A stretch of DNA of 63,761 bases, counting the filler, from Kipferlia bialata (taxonomy: Eukaryota), in assembly GCA_003568945.1 (NCBI GenBank). It is 5 parts of 5 records of this genome, joined end to end, with 100 filler letters (N's around TTAATTAATTAA, not from the genome) between each part and the next. Parts side by side here need not be neighbours in the genome. Positions count along the whole stretch, not along the records: positions 33,035 to 49,427 come from BDIP01000610.1; positions 49,528 to 57,872 come from BDIP01000632.1; 3 more parts are not named here. The stretch is one strand, 5' to 3'. This document shows positions 40,373 through 52,900 of the stretch, piece by piece. Positions within the stretch are counted from its first letter, which is position 1; each line of letters starts with the position of its first letter. The translations under genes were made by a program, and so were the position numbers. The notes under the pieces were generated by a model, which saw only the letters and a list, made by a program, of their open reading frames with translations, had not been told where the DNA came from and did not search any database.

Positions 40373-42430
40373 CTAGTACATGAGTGTACCTGCTGACAGG
40401 AATGCCAGGTAGCTGGGAGAGGGAGTGACTGTGCCAGTGGGCAGATTACCCTCTGCCTCTGCCTCTCCCTCTCTGTCTTCTAGGAACTCTGCACCCAGTG
40501 CATCGCCAAGAGGACTGGCTGAATATGAATACACATCATATATATATATGGTACTAAATACATATGAAGAGAGAGAGAGAGAGAGCACTGTGCACCCGGT
40601 GCATCCCCGAGGGGACTGGCTGAGGGTCAGAAGAATACTAATACATATATATTAATGAAAACACAATAGTGATAAGAATAGATGGGGAGAGAGAACAATG
40701 AGACACTCAACTCTCCAGATACATAAGCAGTTAAAGTGTTAGTAGAACTGGCGAGAGTAAGATGATCGTCAATCAATGATATCTATGTGTCTATACACAC
40801 AGTCGATATACATATATTTAAGAACACCAACCTGCCATGACTGGTGTTCTTGGTGTGGATGGTGCAGACTGACCCTCTGAGCCAGGGAGGTGCTTATGGA
40901 GAGACAGACGAGGGGTGGTAGTACTCGGTACTCTAGAGGGACTAGCGGTACTTGTCACAGTGTGTGACATGTCAGTACCAATACCCCCAGACTGTGTAAA
41001 GGGGTGCACTGTGGGCACTGTCTCACCCAGCATGGAGGTGACATCCCCCCTCTGGCTGTCCAGGATAAGTCTGATCTGGGGGGTAAGTAATAACTCTCTA
41101 TATATATGTATGTAAATATTCATACATTCATATGTGATTAGTCATTGTAGACTCTCAAGGATCAATCTGATCTGGGGGTAAGTGAATTTATACATGGACA
41201 GGTTGCCATTTGCAGACTGCTAACATTGCTATTTATGATATAATAGAACATATAATAGAAAGTATAGTAGATACGGCAAAATAGAATGAATCATAGAATA
41301 TACCCGCACCCTGGCTATCCTGTGTCCCACAAATGTGGCAACCTGCTTGGATGTAACGTCCTTGACCTGGGGGTGAGGGATGCTACTATTGGATATATTC
41401 TTCTCATATGTGTACATATGATTACATTTGTGTATATACCTGTCTCCCCACTGAGTGTGCTATGTTAGCTGTGTTGACTGTCTCCACCACAGAGGACAGC
41501 AGAGTGACAGCAGCCATGCATCTAGAGTGAGGGTCGTATATATATATGTGTATATATATAGAGAGACAGAGATTGACTGTCTCCACAACTGAGGACAGGA
41601 GGGTCACTGCTGCCATACACCTTAGGGTAAGATCCACAATGTACACTATACATATGTACACAAATATACACGCAGCGAGAATGATAGGGAAGGACAGAAG
41701 GGTCACTGCTGCCATGCACCTTTGGGTAAGATGTGTACTATTTCAAGGTGTGTCATAGTAAGTACTATACCTACTGCCACTAGATAGACTGGCCAGGGCA
41801 GGCACGGCATCCACTATACTACATAGTATATATACATATACTCATGACGTTACCTCTCTCTCTATACATATGTATACTATACCTGCCATCATTGGACAGA
41901 CTGGCCAGGGCAGGCACGGCAGTCAGGGTGTCATCGGGGGACAGGCCTGGGAGTAAGGATGGGTGTATGTGCATATATAGATTGAAAGAGATGTGTGTAT
42001 ATTGAATAGAGGTATACAGTGAATATATATGTGTAGGCACGGCAGTCAGGGTGTCATCGGGGGACAGGCCTATGGGTTAGTGGGTAAGTATATGTATATG
42101 TATATTTAGATTGAATGATAAATATATATATACACTATAATATATATGTACATTGTATATACAAAATACAATTCATTATTACATATATATATTAATAATA
42201 ATACATATATACAGTTTGTATATAAGATATATATATAAGAGTATATATATAAGAAATATCTATACACTTATACAATGTATCAGTATCGGTACCTGGGTGG
42301 TTCTCTACCGATAGCATCACGACCGATATCTCTCTGTCGACTCCAGTCAATGAGACCTTAGGGTAAATGGTGTAGAGGGAGAGAGATACATTAGCAAGGA
42401 GACCTGGGTGTAAACTGAGAGAGAGTCAAT

Positions 42431-42470
<40 letters not shown>

Positions 42471-43284
42471 TAACAGTCAAGGTGACCTGGGTATAAACCG
42501 AGAGAGAGTCAGTGTGTGGATAGCATGTATTACTACTTCTATCCAGGATGGCGCGTCGCACACAAAGGCGATCAGACCTGTACCAAGGGAGTTATATGGA
42601 GATAGAAGGAGAGGGTAAGACCAAACCACATACCACTGCATCTACCAATGTCCTAGGCTGCGAGTGTATATACTATATGTCTAGTACATATATATACTAT
42701 ATGTCTAGTACATATATGTACACAATATCACTCACCACTGCATCCACTAATGATGTCTCTGGTGTGGCCACAAGGGCAGAGGCCACAATCTACAGTAAGT
42801 GGAAAGATAAGAACACCAAATAAATCGAAACGTCAGACACGAAGAGAGAGAGAGAGGCTCTTGGGGTGGCCACAAGGGCAGGGGCAACAATCTAGAGTGA
42901 GATAGAAGGATACCAAATAGAAACAATATATATATATATATATAGGGAGAGAGAGAGAGATGCTCTTGGGGTGGCCAAGGGCAGAGGCCACAATCTAGAG
43001 TAAGACATACATATATTTCATACATAAATTTATGCAATAGTCTCAGAGATAGAAAGGGGGAGAGAGAGGTGTACTCCGGGGTGGCCACAAGGGCAGAGGC
43101 AACAATATTCAAAAAGTAAGACAGATACACTTGACAATATATACCCATGCTATGTATTCAGGGAGAGATAGAGACTTCACCAACCTGCAGGGCGAGGGAG
43201 AGAGAGGACACGAGTGATGCAGGGACAGATGCACCCTTGGAGTGGATGACTGTCATGACAGCGGAGAGGACCTGAGTTAAGGGT

Positions 43285-43320
<36 letters not shown>

Positions 43321-44972
43321 ACTGTCATGACAGCGGAGAGGACCTGAGACAAGGGTGTAGAGAGAGAGAGAGAGAGAGAGAGAGGATGACTGCCATGACA
43401 GCTGAGAGGACCTGGAATAAGGGTGTAGAGGGAGAGAGAGAGAAAGAGACAGTGGCATACACACGAGGATACCTGTATCCCTAGTCCAAGTGCATTGGCT
43501 GGAGGGGGTGTCCCTGTCAGTGCTCCCCTTGTGAGTGCATTGCACACAGAGCAGAGGAGGAAGGAGAGGGGACCGGAGACAGAGAGCTAGTATGAGAGAG
43601 GGAATTGGAAGGATAGAGAGAGAGAGAGAGATATTGCACACAGAGCATAGGAGGAAGGAGAGGGGGCCTGAGACAGACAGCTACTATTGGAAAGAGGGAG
43701 AGAGAGCAGATGAGGAATAAGTAGAGGATCTGATACGGACAGTTAGTAAGACACTGATACTCATATAGTGAGCAAGTGAGAGCGCATGGAAGGAAAAGGG
43801 ACCACACTAGACACACTACAATAGTACCGACATTGCCAGTAAATAGGGATAGAGCGTCACACCAGGAGAGAACAAATGGGCAGGCACACAAGTACTCATA
43901 TAGTAAAGCAAACATATTTATATATATATACAATAAACGTATGTATTTATATACACTTTATTTGATACATATACATATATAATATATATACCTGGGCAGG
44001 TGACGGTGGCAGTGGCTGTGGATCCTGGTCCTTCTTGCGCCACCTAGAGATGAGGGAAACATATACATAAACAGGGGGAGAGAGCAATTATGCCACAAGG
44101 GTAGGAGAGATACATAATGTAAAACACTGTCCAATTACCAATACTTCTCGCGCCAATGTAGCCACCTAGGTGTGAGAGATGCAAAATTACGCTATATATA
44201 GAGAGATCCAGGGAGAGGAGAATATATGTATCGAATATATATAGCGCAAATATACCATAGTATGGAAGATAAACACACCTTGAGAAGAGACCGGGAGACG
44301 GGGTAGAACCCTGTACATTTACACAATCATATATACAGTATATATAACCAGATCCCACTTCTCTGTGCACTCTTAGATCAATATGTACATATATACATAT
44401 GTTGTATAATTGAGTACCTTGAAAAGAGGCCAGGGGATGGTGTAGAACCCGGTGAGGCAAAGAACTTGGGTCCAAAGAGACCTGCCTGGGGATGAGGATA
44501 ACAGTGATACACGTGTGTATATACATATATATATACATATATATATATATTTGGTCCAAAGAGTCCTGTCACCTAGGGATTAGTGATACAAAGAGAGAGA
44601 GAGAGATAGAAGAGAGTGCCTAGTAAGTATGCATACGTACGAAAATACAATACTATTCACACATACCTCTGGTGTGCCCAGACAAGAAGGTTGATAGATA
44701 TACATATATATATGTCTCTCTATACAGTTCATAATATAGTACATAATCATATACATATATATATATATATATGCATACCTCTGGTGTGCCTGGACCAGTG
44801 ATGTACATATATCACTCTCTCTATATATATATTATATTAGTAAATGCACTACAATAGTGTACATTATTGTGAAAATGTATGTACCTCTGGGGTTCCCTGA
44901 CCGGGTGGTGGTGACAATACTGTCTGCAGGAGGGTGAGAGCACCTGGGATAAGTATATATATATATATCCAT

Positions 44973-45008
<36 letters not shown>

Positions 45009-48000
45009 CAACACAGTCTGAAGGAGGGTGAGAGCACCTGGGTTAGTGTATACATAGTTTAGAAAACTATCGACATGCAGCGTGTATTTAGTACAAAGGA
45101 TATTGGGATATATAGTTTGTACACAGACACTCACTTAGCAGCATGCATGGTGTGGATGTGCTGGCTGCACCTATACGAATAATGAATATACGTATATATG
45201 TATATAATAATATATATCTATGGATATATATATCTATGGATATATATATATGTGTGTGTGCGTGTGTGTGTGTATAAACTTACTCACTTAGCAGCATGCA
45301 TGGTGTGGATATGCTGGATGATCCACCCTCGGGGACAGGCAGGGGGGCGTCTAGTGTTAGTGTGTATAAATAGATACAACTGTGTTATGCAGATATCAAT
45401 AGTAAGTATACTATACATCTATATGATGACTAGTCTACTCTCGGGTCAAAACAGAGAGATATATCGGAGCTGCATCATATTCCATAACTGCATCTATATA
45501 TACAAATATCCGGACATAAATGTGCACTGGAAGTGTATACACACATCATACCTGGACTGGTATATAGGTGCATACATTGATACACTAATTCCTGGACATA
45601 CATATATACTGGAAGTGTATACACACATCATACCTGGACTGGTGTACTCTTCATCATATTCTATTACTGCCTCAATTGATAAACTTATACCTGGGCACAT
45701 ATGTATACTGGTAGTGTATACCCAATCATACCTGGACTGGTGTATATGGCAGCTGGCATAGCCGATGGGAACAGGGCCCTGGACATTAGATCAACGCAAA
45801 CACTTTCTATGTGAGTGTATATAGTATTACAAAGTAGTACACTCATACATATACAATTACCTGGAACAGTACCCTGGCCTTATGAGGAATTCAGAGTACA
45901 CACATATAGAATATTTGCGTATACCTAATACTCTACTCTCGCTCTCTCTATACACATATATTACTTTAATACAGCCAATATATTGTTTACCTGCACCACA
46001 CTATGACTCTCTCTCTCTCTCTCTCTACATATATAAATATATATATGAATATATATATACATACATATACATACATACTAACCTGCACATCACAGCCTGT
46101 ACAGCCAGTCTCTGACTGTGCTCAGCAGAGGCAACGTCATTACCAGTATCTGCATCGTTAGAAGAGTCCATAGTACACGTGTACACATCTAGGGAGCAAA
46201 GAAACGCTAGTACCTACGGAAGGACCTCTAGAGGGTCTAGCTGGTGATAGTACAGATGGCCTTGTAGTGTTGTCTCTGTTGTTCTCTGTTGATGCCCCAC
46301 CCATGGACATCCTAAGGAGCACATCGGATAGGACAAGTAATGATCCCTAAGCATGAGACGTACATAGAATACAGTATACATGTAAATGTATATACATGAA
46401 TGGACATCCTTAGCAGGACATCGGACAGGACAAAGAGGGTGCCCTAGGAGTAAGGGAATACATATATATATATATATACATCTATCTATCTATACATACC
46501 TGTGCAGCGTGTGCTATGCAACCATCCACATTGGCTATATGTCCAGCCACCACGGTAAGTAACATGGCACAGAGAGCAGACGCACGGGATGTATAGAGGG
46601 TAGATGCATCCATAGCACCAGGAGTGGATGCATCTATGGTACCAGCTATGTACTGCAGTATCCAGAGCAGTCTCGATAAGGGGTGCAGGAGACGCCTCAA
46701 CAGGAGGGTCTAGGATTAGAGGAGAGAGAGAAAGAGAGAGAGAGATAGTCGGGACAAGGGGTGCAATAGTCGGTTTAGGGTAAGAGTATCAATGGGTTCT
46801 GTATTTCCACCATCCAACTGAGTTCATATTGAGTTGTGCATATATACCTGCATTGCCGAGCACCTGTTGCCCCCAAAGACAGTCAGGGTCCACTCACACA
46901 GGGTGACAACTCTAAAGGTCAGTATCCACATTTTAATAAATATATCTGTTAATATGAATATATACTCTCACCTAGCTAGTATGGCACTATACCCAGCCAT
47001 GCCGAGTGGTGGGAGTGTGGACACACATGGAGAGGGTGAGGGTGTGACATTGGGCCTGTTGCCAAGGACACATGCACTCTCATACAGCATCTAGAGTCAG
47101 GTATGCTACTAACATTTTTATGTATATATGAAATACGTTAAGAGGGGGAAGGGAGAGATGTCATGTGGCCAAGGACACCCGCACTCTCATACAGCATCTG
47201 GGGGTGGAGAAATACAAAACACACATATACATAGTGTCATGTGTATCCATACCTATGTCACTGATATATATACTTGTATTAATATACACGTGTATGTGTG
47301 TGTGTGTGTGTATGTGCGTGTGTATCCCTACCTGTGTCACTGTGGCCATGCCTCTGACCAACACCTCACAGTCAGGGGAGACCTTTGGTAAGTTGCATAC
47401 TATATATAGAGTACACTATGATATATAACACACTACAACACAGATATACTCTGACCAACACCTCACAGTCAGGGGAGCTCTTAGGGGTTAGAAAGGTATG
47501 TGAATTCACATACACAGACAATCACTAGATATATATGTGCATAAACAAACACTCCCTGACGAACCCGCTGTCCTATGTCTGGTAAAGCCATAACCATATG
47601 CCAGAGACATATACAATATATATGAATTGAGTGCTGTGTAAGTGTATGTAAGTTCATATATACGATTACTATATGGAAACCTGCTGTCCTATCTCTGGCA
47701 GGCCTTATGACAGCAGCGTATTAATACAGTAGGTTATATCTTACATATTTAGTACATATATGTATATATACACACTAGTACATACTACATACCTGTTGCC
47801 CTATCTCTGGCAGGTCAAGTGACAGCAGTGCCATCACCACAGGCCAGGGGTCAGTGGGGGGAGGGGGACCACTTAACCTCTGAGTGGCAGTCTCTCTCCC
47901 TCCCTCTTGGACAGGTACCTTGTCTGTTTGTCTCTCTCCCACTTGTTCTCCTTGCACTTTCGGCGCTTCCTCTGCATCAGAATCTCTCCCTATCTCCCTA

Positions 48001-49346
48001 TCATCCTGTTCTACAGCCTTCCCATCTTCTACAGCAGGCCTCTCCCCCTCTTTGCTCTTCTCTTCTGCTTCTGTTGCCACCACTGGCTCTTCTCTCTCCT
48101 CCACACATTCCCTCTCCTCAACCTCGTCTGCTTCTCCCTCTATACCCTTATCACTCTCTCCCTCTACCTCTGGACAATTATTACACTCTCCCTCTCCTTG
48201 TAATGTGGTCTGTGTGGGTGGTCTCACTTGAGGTGTCTCCCTCTGCACCTGAGGTGTCTCCCTCTGTACTTCTCTCTCCACTTCTATGTCTCTCTTGCCA
48301 TAGACCAGAGGGGAGAGGACAGTGAGCAGGGCAAGGTCAGAGAACACAAGAGATCTATGGTAAGCTAGATAGAAACATCTACATATAGAGAGAAAGAGGA
48401 AGAGAGAGAGAGAGGACAGTGAGCAGGGCAAGATCGGAGAAGACTAATGATCTATGGTTAGCTACACACATATATATGTATAGAGGGAGAGAGAGAGAGT
48501 GAAGTGAGGAGTGCTAGACCAGAAAAGACCAGGGACCAAGGGCTATAAATACATATGTGTATATGGCGGGACAGACAAAGTGAGAGAGAGTACCTCAGTG
48601 TGTCTATGCGGCACAGCACTGAAGAACACATTGTTATTCAATACAAATATGTCACATTAAGGTAGTACCTCAGTGTGTCAATCCGGCATAGGAGTGAGGG
48701 TGCGTCTGTCTGGTCTGTCTGTCTCTCTGCCTGTCTCTCCCTCAACAGCTGCATGTGCCTTACACAGAGAGCGGTAACTACTGTTGAGATGGACAATATC
48801 GCATATCCTGTATCTAATACATTCTATATATATCTTATACATATTTCATATATATCTCAACAGCTGCATGTGTCTGACGTACAGGGCAGTGACTATAGTT
48901 AGAAGAATACAACGTATACCAACATACGCACACATATATGGAGTGAGTGAATACTTAATATGTGGCGTGTAGGTGCGATGGCACTGCACACTGTCAACAC
49001 ATAAATGAATAGTCAATATATCCATACCAGTTGCGTGAAGGTAGCTAGGCACTGCACACCCACTGGACACAATATGGTATATACATAATACAATATACAC
49101 TGTATGACATATATATATATAAATATGCGTATATAGTATACCTGTAGCATGCAAGTATGACGGCACTGTACACCCACTGGACACAAGATGGGGATGTACA
49201 ATACACACAGTATAGTATATATTGTATGATACATATACATATATATACATTATATACCTGTTGCATGTAAGTATGATGGTATCGCGCACCCACTGGACAC
49301 AAGGTGGGGGGTCAGTCGGGTGATGACATGCATAGTGGTGCCAAGC
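40373..49346 (-). CDS. Large many-exon hypothetical protein (Leu-rich helical segments plus a Glu-rich insert); 5' truncated
   Basis: Many short in-frame exons (RCMAAVTLLSSVVETVN, AGLFGPKFFASPGSTPSPGLFSR, SLVFSDLALLTVLSPLVY) and an acidic exon at 47792-48354. Ends SAGTLMY-TAG at 40373. Confidence 0.65.
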
Positions 49347-49381
49347 CTTTGATGAGTTAAGGGTATATATGAATACATATG

Positions 49382-49427
<46 letters not shown>

Positions 49428-49527
49428 NNNNNNNNNNNNNNNNNNNNNNNNNNNNNNNNNNNNNNNNNNNNTTAATTAATTAANNNNNNNNNNNNNNNNN
49501 NNNNNNNNNNNNNNNNNNNNNNNNNNN
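49428..49527. other. Artificial contig linker
   Basis: N44-TTAATTAATTAA-N44. Confidence 0.97.
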
Positions 49528-49579
<52 letters not shown>

Positions 49580-49687
49580 CAGTCATTCCCATGTGTAATA
49601 AGTGGTCACTTATACAACAGTTACGTTAAATACCCATTACTAACAAAAGATACAATAGAATAGCAGAATACAATGATTGTGTCCTAC

Positions 49688-49788
49688 CTTTCAATCTTCA
49701 CTCCACGGGAACCGGATGCAATGACTTCACAAAACTCTTCCTCTCCAGGAGATGGGACATTGCTTTCTATGTGATGCTTTCTTGGCAT
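49688..49788 (-). CDS. First exon of an unidentified gene (truncated)
   Basis: ATG 49788 MPRKHHIESNVPSPGEEEFCEVIASGSRGVKIE followed by a GTAGGA donor. Divergent from the EF-hand gene. Confidence 0.4.
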
Positions 49789-49984
49789 TTCTTACTGAAG
49801 TCCTCTTGACACCCACTCAGAGAGTCTGACAATAGGATGGGACTGTCCAGAGCCTGACAAGTCGGACATCCATCGGATTTTCCGACTATTCTGCCGGACA
49901 ACAGCGCAGAGTGGCATTGAGCCTGCTCAACCGAAGAACGTAGGCTCACCGAGCACCTTCAGGCTCTGAGACTGACTTCTGACG

Positions 49985-52900
49985 ATGGCCAACACGGTAT
50001 GTAAAGATATTATGGCAGTTAGAGTGTTTCTAACCCCAGCCAGTGTCTGGTGGAAAGCCAAAGGAGGCCCAGCAGAAGAGGGCACGCCTGCAGCGTGCTA
50101 TTATGCAGCAGGCCCCTGCTATTACATCTATCTTTAGCCAGTTTGACTCGGATGGAAAGGGGACTGTGTCTCGTGAGGTAATAGGAACCACATGTGTGCT
50201 GCTTATGCTACTCATTATTATCTGCGTCTAACTCCATCAGGAGTTCGATCTCGGCATGTCTGCGCTTGGATTCTCTCCCACAGACCGCAGTTTCAAGCGT
50301 ATGGTTCAGTCTTGTGCAGCAAATGACAGGTAGGGACTCATTCTCGGAGAGTGAATGATTTGATTTAGTTCTGACAAGAGGTCTTGTACGCACTCATTGT
50401 CTTCCTAAAGTACTATTTCCAAGAGCAGGTCATTCTCTAATGTATAATGAACATATGTGATGTGGATACTCACTTCTGCGGCCCTTGATGGTACTGACAG
50501 CAGGGTGGACTACAACAGATTCCTGACAGGCATGAGAGAGAGACAGGCCTCCCCCAGTGTTGGGACAGGACGGGTTGGCAAGACACCCTCTGCTGCTGGT
50601 ACATTCAGGTATATCTATGTGTTTATGTATGTTGTACAGGTGGGTGCATATGGTGCTTGGGTCAGAGTCAGGATGTAACCCCAGGAAGTACGACACATCA
50701 GGGGACGGGACCGTGACCCCGTATCAGCTGGGTACGCCGTTATATAACCCTGGGTGTTATATTTAGTTCCGCATCGTTACTACTGCAGGGATCCTCTTGT
50801 CATCTGTGTCACTGTTCTGTTTCTAACCCTCTAGCCCTTGGCCTTGCCGAGTTGAACGTGGGTCTGTCCCCCAAGGCCATAGCAGACATTGTGGCCAAGA
50901 GGGCGGTGGTGTCCCCCTCTGCCAAGTCGAGGACAGAGACTGAGTCTGTGGACTACCAGTCTGTGCTGGATGACCTAGGTATGGGACTCTCTATCTATGC
51001 TATCATCATGCCACTCCTCTCACCCCTAGGCATCAGTGTGGCGTCACCCACCAAGCGGGAGAGGGAGAGAGAGAGAGAGAGCAACCGTGTGCACGCAGCC
51101 TCTGTGGGCCCCAAGGCCTCCCCCCCTGTCTCCCCCACCCTGGACGAGGCAGGTGAGGCCTCCCCCCCTCGCCCAGACTCAGCTGGGAGCACAGGGTACA
51201 GCGCAGGGGACGACATGTACGAGGAGTACGATGCGGACATGTACTCCTCCCAGGCCAGGGTCACCACCCTCCCTGTCTGTGACGGCAGTGCCGCCATTGA
51301 GGGCGAGACCGGCAGAGTGACTGTGCTGGAGAGGAGCAGTGGGTCTGTGGTTAGCACGGTGCAGACAAGGGAGGGGGAGGGGGCCATTGTGGTCACCCCT
51401 ATACCCACTGAGACACCCAGGAGACGGGTCATAGAGGCCAGGGAGAGCAGGGAGAAGACAGACATTGTGACAGGTGTGAGCAGGGCCACCCCTGCCCCCT
51501 CCCGCTCTGCCTTCCTGTCTGCCTTTGGCCATGCCTCCACCCTCGTCGACACCCACGTCTATGGCGACATGGCCCAGCTGAGACAGGCCCTGTCCCAGGA
51601 GGATGTCGACATGGGCGACATAGCAGGGGCCCTCACAGCAGCCACAGGTACGGTGTGTTGTATATGGATGCATATGTATGTACTCTGTCTCTGTCTTACC
51701 ACCAGGAGCCCCTCTGACTGAGTCTGACCGGTGGGCTCTGAGGACAGCCTACAGTGCACAGAGGCCAGGGAAGGACAGGTTGGTGTATCCACTGTCCCTA
51801 TTGACCATGGCTCCGTTGTCTCACCCCCAGGGATAGCCAGGTGGATGCATGCCTGCGTGTGCTCAAGGCAGGTATCAAGGTGGCACATGCTGAGCCTGAG
51901 CCTGTCGCCAGCCTTAAGCACGTGAAGTCCTCTGCTACCCTTGCCCAGCGCAGTAACAGACCCATCTCCTCGCAGATGGCAGCAAAGAACCCAGGTAGGG
52001 GCGTCGTATGCTATCCTGCACTGTCTTCTTCTATCCTCTACCTTGGTACCCGCCTCATCCCCAGGTCAGAGTGCCGCCATGAAGGCATTGGGCGTGGATG
52101 CCGCCAGAAGGGTGCTGGAGGTGCGCAGAGAGACGTATGCTAAGGACGGGGCCGAGGACAAGGGCAAGGAGAGCGACGCAGACCTCTGCCGTGCCGCCCT
52201 GGAGGTCGGGGGTGCCCTCTCTGCCCTGCCTGGCATGAGTGACATCTGCACAGACCTGCAGGCCAGGGGGCAGACAGTGCGCGTGGCAGAGGTGGCCCAG
52301 GTACGCTGTCCATTCTCTCTCTCTCCCCCCCCCCCCACCCTTTATACCCACCCCAGGCCCTCTCCGCCGTGTCTACTATGCCCAAGGAACAGCTCGAGAC
52401 AGCCATCCAGGAGACATGCCCGGTGGAGGGTATGTGCCATTCCATATGTGCCTATTTTGCTGGTTTTGACACTGTAGTTTTCCATGCTAACCACCAGACG
52501 GACGCGTCGCTGTCAACACTGTGTTCGCTGCTATGCACGATGCCCTGGAGACTGTGGCTCACAGGTGCGTCGCACTACCCCCCCCCCCCCATTCAGCTAC
52601 ACCACAGTCTAACCCCAGCAAGCCTCTGCGCAAGCACCCTCTGCTGAATGTCGACACTGAGCGTGAGAGCAGTGTGAGTGGCACTCCCCGTGTGGGAGAG
52701 GTCTCCGGCACCATGCAGCGTCTGGCCTCTCTGCAGCAGAGCCTCAAGCAGGCCGTGGGGCACAACCCGGACAGGCTGCACCAGGTGTTCAGCAGGACAG
52801 ACGAGAACGGGGACGGACAGCTGACCAGGGAGGAGTTCACATCGGCCGTGCACAAGGTGGGGACTCGTAATTGCAGTGTGTGTTCACTGTGTATTATCTC

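Noticed and set aside
41473..41725. Echoes as simple read-duplication assembly errors or classical mutually exclusive exons
   Set aside because: Copies differ by up to ~20%, have distinct flanks and lack the second splice site. Haplotype mis-joining remains to be excluded with long reads.
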